Assembly: GCF_009914755.1 (NCBI RefSeq)
Contig: NC_060928.1
Reading direction: 5' to 3' (one strand)
From: the human T2T-CHM13v2.0 reference genome, Homo sapiens
DNA: 64,000 bases
Positions 46,068 through 63,904 of this stretch are shown piece by piece. A program made the position numbers and the translations under genes. How positions within the stretch are numbered: the stretch's first letter is position 1; each line of letters opens with the position of its first letter. Below the pieces are notes generated by a model. That model did no database searches. It saw only the letters and a program-made list of their open reading frames with translations, and was not told the origin of the DNA.

Positions 46068-47710
46068 CAGGACCAGCTGCAGAATTTGCAAGGTCCAGTG
46101 CAAGATGAAAACATGGGCCCCCTTATTCAAAAATCAGAGGAAAAGCACTGCTGAAGTATTAACATATACAGCATTTTCTTTCCTCTGTGGTCTCTGTGTC
46201 TCAATTTATCATGATGCTTTCATTTGTTATTTAATGTCCTTCTAAGTAAAAAAAAAAAAATAACATTTTAAATTACCAGCATGGATTATACTGTTCCTCT
46301 TTATATTGTGCAATGCCAGATTTCAACAGGAACATTGGACTCAAATGTGGAATCACAGAAATGACATAATTTGTACTTTGCATGTGGGATTTTTTTGCCT
46401 CACAGAAACAGTGAGATGTTGCAGGAAACTAATTCAGCTGTTTTTGTTTGTTTGTTTGTTTGTTTTTATTTTTTTCCCTGAGACAGAGTCTTGCTCTCTT
46501 GCCCAGGCTGGAGTGCAGTGGTGAGATCTCTGCTCACTGCAACCTCTGCCTCCCGGGTTCAGACCATTTTCCTGCCTTCAGCCTCCTGAGTAGCTGGGAT
46601 TACAGGAGCCCGCCAACATACCCTCCTATTTTTTGTATTTTTAATAGAGTCGGGGTTTTGCCATGTTGGCCAGGCTGGTCTCGAACTCCTGACCTTGTGA
46701 TCCACCCACCTCGGCCTCCCAAAATGCTGGGATTACAGACATGAGCCACCACACTCGCCATTCAGCTGTTTTTATTTCACTTTTTCACACCTATACAATC
46801 TACCACCACTCTCTACCTTTGGCTTACTGATGTGTAAGGAAGAATTGAAAGGAAAAATAACTATGACTCTGTTATCTTTGCTTCTCCTGTGTCATCATTT
46901 CCAGTGGAAGTGGCTGGCTACTACAGGGAATCAGATGGGTAGAAAAGGCTGGGAGAGGGTTCCTTGTTTGTTCCTGTTTCTTAGAATGCCATTGACTTGG
47001 TTTTCAATTCTGATTCTATAATAAGAGAAAGCGTGACCTCTTGGTGCTGTCAGCATGTCTCACGGACTCCGTTGTGGACATAGTAGGCTTCCCTTATGCT
47101 AACTTGGAGCCTTGCTGGACTCCCATGCACTGCGGGCCCCCCAAGATTCTATGCTCAGGGCACAGCAGACACGCCATGGGGAGTGCAGTGGCAAGGGATG
47201 GGGGTAACTCTTATTGTTGGTGTCTCATCTGCCCATGCACATGTTCTATTGCCCCATTGGATTTCACTGATAAAACATAGATTCAGACTGGGTGCAGTGG
47301 CTCACGTCTGTAATACCAGCATTTTGGGAGGCTGAAGTGGGCAGATCACTTGAGGTCAGGAGTTCAAGACCAGCCTGGCCAATATGGTGAAACCCACTCT
47401 CTACTAAAAATACAAAAATTAACCAGGCGTGCTGGCAGGTGGCTGTAGTCCCAGCTACTTGGGAGGCTGAGGCAGGAGAATCACTTGAGCCTGGGAGGTG
47501 GAGATCTCAGTGAGCTGAGATGGTGCCAGTGCACTCCAGCCTGGGTGACAGAGCAAGACTCTTTCTCAAAACAAAACAAAACATAGACTCAAACATAAAA
47601 TGAGGAGGAATTTTAAGACGGTAACAGCAAAGCATTAAGCCAAGCTCAGGGTCCCTCTCAGCATGGGGTCCTGTGTGACTGCACAGGCCAAACACCCATG
47701 AATTCATCTC
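46068..47710. mobile_element. MER45-type (hAT-Tip100) DNA transposon split by Alus (46440-46760 -, 47286-47582 +)
   Basis: CCAGTGCAAGATGAAAACATGGGCCCCTT..TTCAAAA at one end and GGGGTCCTGTGTGACTGCACAGG..CACCCATGAA at the other. Confidence 0.6.
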
Positions 47711-47890
47711 AATTTCCATCCCTCTTACACTCTTCCCCACTGCTGTGGTCTCAGGTGGCACCTTCCTCATTTCTACTCCGGAGTACTGCCTGTACCCTGA
47801 TTTCTTCAAGGGTCTCTCCAGTCCATCAGACGCAGGCCAACCCAGGGTTTCTCTGCATTGCAATCCAACCAATATCACCCCCCTGCTTAC

Positions 47891-47910
47891 CAGCCTGCAG
47901 TAACTCCCAT
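47891..47910 (-). pseudogene. Recruited first coding exon of the ALG1-like transcript (MGVTAG-W), within an L2-like fragment
   Basis: Minus strand GGGAC ATG GGA GTT ACT GCA GGC TG|GTAAGC; phase 2 joins exon 6 in frame; resembles the recalled ALG1L2 N-terminus MGATAGWAVTVYDK. Confidence 0.75.
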
Positions 47911-49416
47911 GTCCCTTCAGGATAAAATTCAGACTTCTTAGCAAGGCACTGCTTATTTCTCCAGCCTCTGTGACAGCCTCACACCCTACATTCGAGCTCT
48001 GCTGATCCTGGAGAAGCTCCCTCTGAGCTTTTGCACACCTGTCCCTGCTACTTGAGGGTGATTTCCACCTGGTTACCTCCTGGCATCACCTCCCACCTGG
48101 AAGCCTTCCTCGTCTCTGGGGTGGGTCAGATGTAGCTGTTTTTGCCCTCTCCCTACAGACCCTGCATTTCCTCTCTCCCAGCGTTCATCTTGTGATATAC
48201 AATAAGCAATTGACTAAATTGTCCTTAAAACCAGGGCCATACCAGGTCTTCTGGGTGACAAATGAGGGATCAGCGAGTGCTTTTGCCCTCTAATGGCATC
48301 TCTGGATCACTAGCTGGAGGCCTTGGGACTCTAAGCACCAAGTTATTCAAGTGCTACAAATAAGACTGCATGGACCCCGGTCTTTGCTGTTTCCTCTCTG
48401 CGTCTATCAAGAAGGAGCAGCTGCTTTTTGAAGCCCTGCTTTCCTTCTCACGGCTTTGCTCACCCCCACCCTGCTTGGCCTCCAAACTCAGAGCCTTAAC
48501 TTTCCTATAAATACAGTTTCTCTCCAACTCAACTTGATTCATTCATTCAGGGTCCTAGTTCTCTCTCTCTGCCATTCCAATTCTCCTCTTTCCATTATAT
48601 TTAAGAGAACCCTGGCTGGGCATGGTGGCTCACACCTGTAATCCCAGCACTTTGGGAGGCCAAGGCAAGTGGATCACCTGAGGTCAGGAGTTTGAGACCA
48701 GCCTGGCCAATATGGTGAAACCCCATCTCTACCAAAAAACAAAAATTGGCTGGGTGTGGCGGCACAGGCCTGTAGTCCCAGCTACTCGGGAAGCTGAGGC
48801 AGGAGAATCGCTTGAACCTGAGAGACAGAGGTTGCAATCACACCACTGCACTCCAGCTTGGTTGACAGAGTGAGACTCTGTCTCAAAAAAAAAACCAAAA
48901 CGACCAAGAAAAGGGCATTCATTTATGGTATAAGAGCGGAAACCAAAAGGCAGAGGTTCCTCGATGGAGCTCTGCTGGGACCGTGCATATCAGCCATTCA
49001 ACCTCTTCAGCACTTGGTGCACATCCAGGAAAGCCCCACTGGGATTGATTTAGGGGCTATAAAGAAACATTATCAAGCAGGTGAATTTGCAGCTACAGAA
49101 TCTGCAGGTAATGAGGATTGATTGTAGATGCACCAATGAACTGGAGGTCAGATTTTCAACTGAACCGTCCAGGAGATGGCCAGCAACCAAGAGCTAGAAA
49201 AAAAGATTCCTGGAGAGTGGTGAAGAAAATAGAAGTCTTAGAGGCTCAGAGACAGATGAAGGTAATCCCTCAGCTGTCACCTGAGCTGTGGCTATAAAAT
49301 GAGGCAACAGATTAAGAATAGTAAGCATAAGATTGAGGCCAGGCTCAGTAGCTCGTGCCTGTAATCCTAGCACTTTGGGAGGCCAAGGCAGGTGGATCAT
49401 TTGAGGTTGGGAGTTA

Positions 49417-49680
<264 letters not shown>

Positions 49681-51192
49681 TCAGCAAAGGAAGGATGAGG
49701 GGGAGTGAATAAAGGGTCCACAGGAGAATTAAGAAAGCGTGGACCCTTGGGGCCATTCAGTGAAGCGGAGCCAGGTCACTGGCGAGTGTGTCTGGGAATC
49801 AATTAAGGATGAATATGAAGCTTGAGACCAGGCCAGCATAATCACCATGTGGGCGCCCGTATTTCTTTACATTTGCTGACTGTGTTTCTGTGAAATACAA
49901 AGGAAGAAATGCTGTGACTTCCCCTCATTCTAAGGTGAAACCAAAGAAGGCGAAACTGAGAGACCTGTCCGAAGTCCTCCACCGAGCCAATGGGGAGGCT
50001 GGAATAGATACAGCCGGTCACCCGACCTGTTCTCTAGGCACGGCTTTTTGGATTTGCCACTTACATCTGCTTCAAGTTTTAGAAACTTCCAGGCTGTGGC
50101 TTTTTTGCTGCTTTGGGGAACAAAGCATGTTCGGTCAAGTGTACAGCAAACCTGTCCTGCTCCTAAATCCAATCATCTCCAAAATAGATGTTTGACGTTT
50201 ATAGTGCTACTCTCCAAATGTCATTATCATCCCTAAAGTGAAAAAAAAGGTTTAATTATTATGAGCAGTGAAATTACCATATAATCTTCCAATTAACTGA
50301 ATAAGGCACCAAATAAGTGCCCTCAAGCCTTAATTTCTACCTTGAAGTTAAGGTAGATGTCATGATTACCTGGATCATCCTACACACCTCAAAGTGGACA
50401 GAGTTGAAAGGCTGTCTAAGCGGGCGGGGTGGAAGGCGGTGCCCTTCTCCCTCTTGTCTGTTTGTCGAGCTCTGTTGGTTCTCCTAATTGGTTAGCGACC
50501 CTGAGTGTTTCTGAGAGCCTTTTGTTGTATGCCGGGGCAGAACCACTAATCTGGCCAATTCCAAGCAGAAAAGATCAAGTATAGATTTCATATCTGAGTT
50601 TTAAGTGCTAGTAAAAAGTTGCATTAAGTTGTCAAATGCACTGCGATCCTGGCTTCATCACCAAGTGGCTCTGCAGTTTGAGGATTACGCTGCATCCTGA
50701 AGAAAAGAAAATTGTTCCGTTTAGATGTTTGGGGTAAAGGGGGATTGATCCAGTTACTTTTCAACTAATCTAAGTCAGATGGTGTTCACTGCATAACTTT
50801 CTAAGGTTGGTACTTGGCCAAGCAACAAGGTGATCAGTTTTATAGGACTAAAGGCCTTTGGTTGCAAAGGCATGAAGAAGTTTCTACCAGTCCTGTTTGA
50901 AATAAAATAGTAGTGTAATCTAAAGATTGTAATACAAGACCAACACAGCAGATTTACAGTAACTTTTGATAATTGGTTGACTGATGTGCTTCTCTCTCTC
51001 TCTCTTTCCGTAGACGTGTGAGTAGCATATTACATAGAGAAATCTATAAGCCCTGGGTTATGTTGGTTGCTGATGAGGATTAATCAGAAGCTACTACTCA
51101 CTTATTCACCTTTGATCTGCTCTTGTTCTGGTAGTCTTCTTCACTGTCTCATTCATTCAAGAAGTGTTCATTGGGCTGGGTGCGGTGGTTCA

Positions 51193-51555
<363 letters not shown>

Positions 51556-51608
51556 TTAGACCACTCATGCTAAGTATGAGTGCACACTCACAAAGCGTGC
51601 AAGCCAGC

Positions 51609-52402
<794 letters not shown>

Positions 52403-52747
52403 CAGCCCTTCTGCTTTCACCTCCCCCGTTTTAGACAACCAGCGTTTGAATTGCCTGTTCCAATTCTGTGCCAAATTATGACTCTGAAGAGGATGCCTCT
52501 CTGCCCATTGTTGGACATTATGGGCTGTACAGAGTGCTCTTTTTTCTGAAGCAATGACGTTGGCCATCAAGATTCATGCAGTATCTCCTGTTCTGTTTTT
52601 TTTTTTAATTTTTTTTTTTTGAGACAGAGTCTCCCTCTGTCTCCCAGGCTAGAGTGCAATGGCACGATCTCGGCTCACTGCAACCTCCGCCTCCTGGGTT
52701 CAGGTGATTCTTCCACCTCAGGCTCCCAAGTAGCTGGGATTGGCTAA

Positions 52748-52906
<159 letters not shown>

Positions 52907-54142
52907 TGAGTGTTTGCATCTTCTACCACACAAACAAAGCCCAGTCCAGAGACAGTGTCTATTCCTGTCAAGACCTAGATGCAGCCCCCCAGGGCTGCCA
53001 GCATCCATCTCACTTGCCACTTATGTTAAGAGCTTTCCCACCAGGGAATGTACCTCGCAGCCATGGGCAGTCTCTCTTTCTCTTGCTGGCAGACAGAACA
53101 GTTCTTTTTTTTTTTTTGAGACGTTGTTCCACTCTTGTTGCCCAGGCTGGAGTCCAATGGCATCATCTCGGCTCACCGCAACCTCTGCCTCCTGGGTACA
53201 AGCAATTCTCCTGCCTCAGCTGGGATTATAGGCATGCACCACCAAGCCCCGGTAATTTTGTATTTTTAGTAGAGATGGGGTTTCTCCATGTCGGTCAGGC
53301 TGGTCTCGAACTCCCAAACTCAGGTGATCCATCTGCCTCGGCCTCTCAAAGTGCTGGAACTACAGGCTTGAGCCACCGCACCCAGCGACAGAACAGTTCT
53401 TATTGGCATTTTGAGCCCGAGGGGCATGGCTAGATTCAGCCCATCTCTGCACTGCTGCAGAACCGCCTTGTTCACTCATTTCACGGACCCAGGCGACCAC
53501 CTCAAAGGAGCACACAAAAAAAATCCACTTGGTGACTCCAGTCACCTCCAGAGACTGGAAGGGAGTTTTTCTGATGGGCGTGAACCTGTTCTACCTCAAG
53601 GCATCTTTCACCTCTCCACAGGGCTGTGCCCCATATGGACATCCCGTTAATAAGCCAGGTGGCTATTGTCCTCTTGCCTGAGTGTACAGCCAAGACACTG
53701 GTCACTGCCCAGGAGTCAGTAAAAACCCAAACAGGGGGCTTCTACCACTGTTCAACTGATCAAATATATATTTCACAATATCACACTCCTGTGGAACACT
53801 TTGGGACACATACTATGATTCTTTGAAAATCAGTTATTGCCATCATTCTAGTATAAATCAGCAGCTAGAAAAAGAGCATGCAATTCAGCTCACTGAGCTG
53901 ACTGATTTTTACCATCTTTAGCCAGAGTAGCAGCTGTCCAAACAGGATGTTGTTTGTTCACCTCGAAATTGTCATCCATAGACCAAACAGCTGGGGGTGA
54001 GTGAGTTGAGAGCTGGTTATATAGGGCACTGTTGAACTGCTGATAGAATCCAGCAGCTCCTCACTCTTCCAGAGTCAGTCGTAGGAGAAAAGAGCCTCCC
54101 TGCTTGGGAATATCTCCTCCCTGCATTCCCCAGGTAGCATGA

Positions 54143-54502
<360 letters not shown>

Positions 54503-54763
54503 TAAGGACGCTTGTGATTCTATAAACTCCTTCCAGATAATCCAGGATGATCTCCCCCATTCAAAATCCTCAACTTGCTCACATCTGCCAAGTCCCTTTT
54601 ACCACGAATGTCTGGTAACATAATCACTGGTCCTGGGGATTAAGGCCTGTGGACATCTTTGGGGGCCGTTATTCTGCCTACCACATGGACCATCTTTGAC
54701 TTTCTTAACTTCCATTCACTTTTCTTTTTTCTTTTTCTTTCTTTTTTTTTTTTTTTTTTTTGA

Positions 54764-54922
<159 letters not shown>

Positions 54923-55619
54923 TAGCAGAGATGGGGTTTTTCCATGTTAGTCAGGCTGGTCTTGAACTCTCGATCTCAGGTGATCCACCTGCCTCAGCCT
55001 CCCAAAGTGCTGGGATTACAAGCATGAGCCACCACACCTGGCCCCTCCACTCACTTTTCCACCTTTTCCAAACAAGCTTCTGTCCCCACCCCCCATTCCA
55101 TATGGATTCAAAATGGTTCTTGATGGCCTCCATGTTGCTGAAACCATGGGGTTGTTCTAAGTGTCCTTCTTCCTCAACTTCTGGCACTGTAGACCAAACA
55201 GCTTGAGGCATGGGCAGGCAGCCTGGAGGACCAGAGCATTTGGGCGATGGCTAGTCCTCATGAGCCTGTCCTGCTGTCACCCAGCAGCCCATCCTCGTGG
55301 GACAGAGGCTGGCTACAGAAGGCATTCCGCACCCACTTGCTCCATGAGTTACCCAAGGCTCCGTGTGCCTAGGCTTTCTTTATTGTTTAAAAGTGTAGGT
55401 CAGATAACTGCAGGTGAAGTTTTCTTAAACATTTTTGTTTACATATCCAAAGTGGATAACTGGGTGAGCTTTCACAAAGTAAAGCACATGCACACCATGC
55501 AGATCAAAGAACAGGGCATGTCCAGCTCTCCTGAGCTCCTCGTTCTCCCCTCCCTAACGCTAGCTCCTCTCCTCCCAAAGGTAATGCTATCCTGGGGATA
55601 GGGATTATTTTTTTTTTCC

Positions 55620-56931
<1,312 letters not shown>

Positions 56932-58135
56932 TGACCCATCCGCCTCAGCCTCCCAAAGTGTTGGGAATACAGATGTGAGCCACCACACCTGTCCAGGCCT
57001 AGGTTTTTGAAGAAGGAATTGAACTGAGTGTAGGCCAGGTTATACTGCTAAAGTGTCTTCTTTGTACTTGGAATGTGCTAGGATGGATAGACTTCAAAGT
57101 GCAAAGTGCCTGAAGGATCTGGCATTAGTCAATTCTATGCACTGAGCTTCTGTCCCCAGAATCCCACTCTCAGAGGAAGAATATGGTAAGGCTGGTTGAA
57201 TAGGTGGGGCATGGATGGGAGGCTCAGGCCACTGCACTGCACATACAGGTCTTGATGAGGTCTGGCAGAGGTCAAGTTCTGTTTAGCGGGGATAGACTAT
57301 GTGACAGAGTGAAGAAAGGTAATGGTCTAAACGCAGCAAAAGTTTCATTCCCACTCATGTGACAGTCTGTGGAGCAGGCAGCTCCTTTCCTCATGAAGCT
57401 GGGACCCAGGTATCTTCCATCTTGTGGCTCTGCTTCTCCAGAGCCTTGTCATTTTTTTCATCTAGCTATGGTGACAAGATCTTTTGGATGAGCCATGAAT
57501 ATTAAACTAAAGGCAAACTCTGAAAATTGATTTGACGTGTGGTCAGCTGCTCATTTAGCACAGTGTGGGGAATGCTGGGGTGATGGACAAGAAGGTTTTC
57601 ATGAGGAGGCTGAAGAGACCTAAGTATAGGGGTACCAGCCTGGGGCACTTCAGAAGGGGCACTGGCCTAGGGGTAGCATCAGGGTGATCCTGATTTCCCT
57701 GGGGCAGGGTGTGGCTCATGACAGGGTACTGAGAACCCACCAAGAAGGCTGGAACTTTCAGTACTCATTGTTTTATGAGGGCCTGCCTGTGTGCCAGGCG
57801 GGAAGACACTGACCAGAGGCCCAGGGCCACTGAAGGGTCTCGGCCTGGTCTCTTGTTGCCTGGGGGGTTCACTGTACAAGTGATGATGTAGTTCCAAGGG
57901 GCAGGATTCTGACCCACACTCCTGGTGCCAATGTCCATTTTGCCACTCATGTTAGATTTTGCTTCTCTAAGGGAACTTACTCAGGATAGCTGCGTTCTTG
58001 GACATTCTTCCAGTGGTTTTCAAGGGTGAAAAAAGGAGTTTCAGCAAGACAGCTAACGTCTGGATGAGCGAGCCAGGAAGTGTCTGTAGCCTTCCTCTAG
58101 AGAGCACTCTGGGCTGGTGGGCGTAAGGACCCCAG

Positions 58136-58543
58136 ATTCATGTGAGTCCATGTGAAGAGACCACCAAACAGGCTTTGTGTGAGCAACATGGCTGTTTATT
58201 TCACCTGGGTGCAGGCGGGCTGAGTCTGAAAGAGAGTCAGTGAAGGGAGATGGGGTGGGACCGTTTTATAGGATTTGGGTAGGTAAGGGAAAATTACAGT
58301 CAAAGGGGGTTTGTTCTCTGGCGGGCAGAGTGGGGGTCACAAGGTACTCAGTGGGGGAGGTTTTGAGCCAGGATGAGCCAGAAGGAATTTCACAAGACAA
58401 TGTCATCAGTTAAGGCAGGAACAGGCCATTTTCATTTCTTTTGTGGAGGAATGTCATCAGTTAAGGCAGGAACCAGCCACCTGGATGTGTACGTGCAGGT
58501 CACAGGTGATATGATGGCTTAGCTTGGGCTCAGAGGCCTGACA
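58136..58543 (-). mobile_element. HERV-H LTR7-family solo LTR (LTR7B-like)
   Basis: Minus strand begins TGTCAGGCCTCTGAGCCCAAGCTAAGCCATCATATC; perfect 5-bp TSD CCCAG (58131-58135, 58544-58548). Confidence 0.9.
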
Positions 58544-59017
58544 CCCAGGGCAGGCTGGCTCAGCCCCTTTGACTTCAGATTTCAGGGAAGACCAGGGAGC
58601 TGGAATGGGTGCCTGGATTTTCTGAGAATTATGTTTCTCAGAGGATTTTGAAACCTAAACAGGAATACTTTACACACAGGCCATCAAGCAGGAACTGGGA
58701 AGTTCCGAAGCCGCCCTCTTTCACGCCACCTCCTCCCTTCAGAGGCCAAGGGCGGCCAAGCTGTCTCCCACACACCTCAGTGAAAAGTCACTGGCTCTCC
58801 TCCCAGCCACCTCGCTGTGACCTTGTGAGGTGTGAGAAGGAGGAAGGGGATCTACGTTCTGGATGAGCCTTCCTTCCTCCTTGCCGAGAAATAATTTAGG
58901 CCCCTGCACCTACTGGGCCTCAGACCTTCTCAGAGCCCAGGGCCCACTGTGGCTCCTGCAAGCTGCCTGGGAATTCCACGGAGGCTGCCTGGCTGCCTGT
59001 CTTATTCCCAGTCTGCT

Positions 59018-59379
59018 GCAACCCATTTCCTAAGCTTGGGTGGCTGAAAACAACAGAAATTCATCCTCTCACAGTTCTGGAGGCCAGAGTCTGAATCCAG
59101 GTGTTGGCAGGGCTGTGCTGCCTTTGAAGGTTCTAGGGAAGAATCCTTCCTGACTTTTTCCAGTTTTGGGTGGTGGCCGGCAATGCGCGGCATTCCTTGG
59201 CTTCAGATGCATCATTCCAGATGCACACGGCTGTCTTCCCTCTGTGTCTCTTCTTTTCTTCTTATAAGGATACCAGTCATATGGTGTGAAGGGCCCACCT
59301 TACTCCAGTATGTGGCCAAGTTAATTCATTACATCTGCAACCACCCAATTTACAAATGTCACATTCTGAGGTTCCTGAT
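59018..59379. mobile_element. MLT1 MaLR LTR fragment
   Basis: GGTGGCTGAAAACAACAGAAATT..TCTCACAGTTCTGGAGGCCAGA...GTCACATTCTGAGGT. Confidence 0.75.
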
Positions 59380-60300
59380 TGAAGGGGTGGGTTGCCCCTC
59401 CACACCTGTGGGTGTTTCTCCTTACATGGAATGAGAGACCTGGAAAAGAAAGAGACACAGAGACAAAGTATAGAGAAAGAAAATAGGGCCCAGGGGAAGG
59501 GCGTTCAGCATACGGAGGACCCATGCCGGTACCAGCCTCTGAGTTCCCTTAGTATTTATTGATCATTATCAGGCGTTTCCCGGAGAGGGGGATTTGGCAG
59601 GACAATAGGGTAATAGCGGAGAGAAGGTCAGTAGGAAAACACGTGAACAAAGGTCTCTGCATCTTAAACAAGTTAAAGAATTAACTGCTGTGCTTCTGAT
59701 GTGCATACACATAAACATCTTAATCCATTAAATAGCAGTATTGCTGCCAGCATGTCCCACCTCCAGCCCTAAGGTGGTTTTCCTTTATCTCAGTAGATGG
59801 AATATACAATCGGGCTTGATACCAAGATGTCCCATTGCCCAGGGACAAGCAGGAGACAGATGCCTTCCTTTTATCTCAACTGCAAAGAGGCCTTCCTCTT
59901 TCAATAATCCTCCCCAGCACAGACCCTTTATGGGTGTCCGGCTGGGGGACAGTCAGGTCTTTCCCTTCCCACGAGGCCATATATCAGGCTATCACATGGG
60001 GAGAAACCTTGGACAATACCTGGCTTTCCCAGGCAGAGGTCCCTGTGGCCTTCCGCAGCGTTTTGTGTCTCTGGGTACTTGAGATTAGGGAGTGGTGATG
60101 ACTCTTAACAAGCATGCTGCCTTCAAGCATTTGTTTAACAAAGCACACCCCGTACAGCCCTTAATCCATTTAACCCTGAGTTGACACAGCACATGTCTCA
60201 GGGAGCACAGGGTTGGGGGTAGGGTTACAGATTAACAGCATCTCAAGGCAGAAGAATTTTTCTTAGTACAGAACAAAATAGAGTCTCATGTCTGCTTTAC
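59380..60300 (-). mobile_element. HERV-K(HML-2) LTR5 (LTR5A-like), lacking its extreme 5' end
   Basis: TGAAGGGGTGGGTTGCCCCTCCACACCTGTGGG 3' end; U3 text shared with the SVA SINE-R (GCAGAAGAATTTTTCTTAGTACAGAACAAAAT); terminal TCCCCACA and TSD missing. Confidence 0.88.
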
Positions 60301-60779
60301 TTGAAAAATCAGATCACACGTGGACTTGGAGAATGAATGCAAGATTTTATTGAGTGGAGGAGGTGGCTCTCAGATGGATGGGGAGCCAGAAGGGGGATGG
60401 AGTGGGAAGGTGGTCTTCCCCTAGAGTTGGGCTGCCTAGCAGCCAGACTCTCCTCCAACCGCCCCCAACTGAATTCCACATCTCCCCACTGTCAAAAGCC
60501 TGCCAGCATCTGCTGATGTCTGTCGGTGTGCTCTTCTGCTTCTCTGCTCCTCTGGATGTCCAGCCACTTGTGTCTGTGCCCACTAGGGTCTTGGGTTTTT
60601 TATGGGCACAGGATGGGGGTCATAGCAGGCCAGAGTAGTCTTGGAAAATGCAATATTTGGACATGAAAACAGGAGTGCCTGTTCTCACTAAGGTGCAAGG
60701 GCACAAGCCCAAGGGCAAAGCCCTCGCCAGGGACCCCACCCTTCTCTACCCAGCATTCCCCTGCCCCCCTTCCATATCA
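60301..60779 (-). mobile_element. ERV1 LTR of the LTR27/LTR1/MER52 group, 3'-truncated
   Basis: Minus strand begins TGATATGGAAGGGGGGCAGGGGAATGCTGGGTAGAGAAGGG, with CCCATCCTGTGCCCATAAAAAACCC and CAATAAAATC. Confidence 0.7.
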
Positions 60780-61618
60780 ACATGAAAGCTGACATTGGCT
60801 CCTGTGCCCCACCTCTGGGCCTGGTTTTGTGACCTCTGCACCAGAGCTGCTAGGGAGGCCCTACCCCACATGTTGTTAACTCAACAGCCCTTCCCCAGGG
60901 GAACCAACGTCCTCCTGTCCCCAAACCCAAGGAGGAGTGGTGGGTTCCTGGGCCTCTTGTAACCCGACTGAATATTTTCCAGGTTACCTAACCAAACTCC
61001 TGCAAAACCACACCACCTATGCCTGTGATGGGGACTATCTGAATCCATAGTGCCCTTGGCATTCTACAATAAGTGTCCAATTGGCATTTTATGGGCAAGA
61101 TTACCCAATGTGTAGTTCCCAGAAGCCTGCCTGCCAGAGGGAAGACAGCTTAACCTGTGTGGCACCCACCACCTTCCAGATATTGCCTTTTATAGACATG
61201 TTAAGATGATACAGTTTCAACAGACACTCTTTCTGTCTCTCTGGGTATAAATATATTTGTGATTATATAGTTCAATCCAAGCAAAACTGATCCATAAAAA
61301 ATCCCAACTTATACAGATCACCAGTTTTGTAGGTGAGCTATTATTTGCTTCTCAAAGGATTTGTTACTCAACAAAACTAAATAGAATTCCTACCTATTGT
61401 AGAGCCCCTTTGTACACTTCAATATGAATTTACTTGTAGGTTTACTCCTTACTTCAGTATAGCAAAGTACAACCAGGATAGATTCCAACCTCCAGGCCCG
61501 TATCTCCCATAAATACTCCTGTAGAAAGGGAAGGTGTGTTCTTTAATGGAAACCACAAGTGTCTCTTTGAGGCAGACATCTGAACTCATGACCAACTTCT
61601 TAGAGAATGTACTCAAAG

Positions 61619-62946
<1,328 letters not shown>

Positions 62947-63482
62947 CTAAGCTAAACTAACATAATAAATAATTCATACACACAAGGGGATGCCAGTTGA
63001 GGGGCTGGAGGTGAGGTTTAACTGGGCTCTCTCTAGAGAGAGAAAGAAGCTTAATGCTTCTTTCAAGTAATTTCTGGTCTGTCTTTACCTATGTGGATCC
63101 CAAGCCAACATTTGAGAAAAGGTCCCCTTCAGTGAAGGAATGTGTGACCTGAAGTGCTGAGCAAGAGAAACTTCCTTTCTAGCCACGCCCTTCCTGGGGC
63201 CTAACTCCATGTGTCTGCCTCCTTAACGCCAGCACCTCTCCTCCATTTGCCCCTTAGTATAATTCCCAGGGTCTTTGCGCTTGTCAACAGGTTACTTCCC
63301 ACCTGCTTCCTGCAGAGGGCTTTGTTTTCTGGGATCAGAGACAGCATGAGCCCACAGGGCCATCCCCGCTGCCCCCTTCTCAGGGTGCAGCCCCGGGGAA
63401 ATGAGCAGTGGGACTTGGAGAGAGCCCATCAATTCCTTCTGGTGGAAGCTGATGGTGCCTTCAATTTTTGTTTCTGCTTCAG

Positions 63483-63636
63483 ATGAATTAAAAAACAAAA
63501 CCGTGTGTGAAGACAAGGAGCTGAAACTGCACTGCCATGAATCCAAGTTCCTCAACATCTACTCTGTGACATATGGCAGGAGGACCCAGGAAAGGGACAT
63601 CTGCTCCTCCAAGCCAGAGCGGCTCCCCCCTTTTCG
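63483..63636 (+). pseudogene. EVA1CP: EVA1C-derived exon (start of the second SUEL/rhamnose-binding lectin domain), EVA1CP family
   Basis: tttctgcttcAG|ATGAATTA...TTTTCG|GTatgt; ELKNKTVCEDKELKLHCHESKFLNIYSVTYGRRTQERDICSSKPERLPPF. Confidence 0.88.
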
Positions 63637-63653
63637 GTATGTGCTTTTGTATG

Positions 63654-63708
63654 TGTATTAGCCGGGGTTCTCTAGAGGGGCAGAACTAATAGGATATATA
63701 ATGGGATA

Positions 63709-63739
<31 letters not shown>

Positions 63740-63812
63740 GATTGTGGAAGTCAATACTTAATAACACAATCACAATCTTGTGATCGTGAAAGTTAATAGT
63801 TAATAAACTCCC

Positions 63813-63850
<38 letters not shown>
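63654..63850. repeat. MLT2-like LTR end followed by (TA)n and (TG)n microsatellites
   Basis: TGTATTAGCCGGGGTTCTCTAGAGGGGCAGAACTAATAGGATATATA, then dinucleotide tracts. Confidence 0.7.
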
Positions 63851-63851
<1 letters not shown>

Positions 63852-63904
63852 AATGCTTGTAAACAGTAATCTGCCAAAAATAAATAAGTAAAAGAACAAG
63901 AACT

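Noticed and set aside
53886-53902. TCAGCTCA-C-TGAGCTGA palindrome
   Set aside because: An 8-bp inverted repeat is plausible by chance in 64 kb and has no supporting context.
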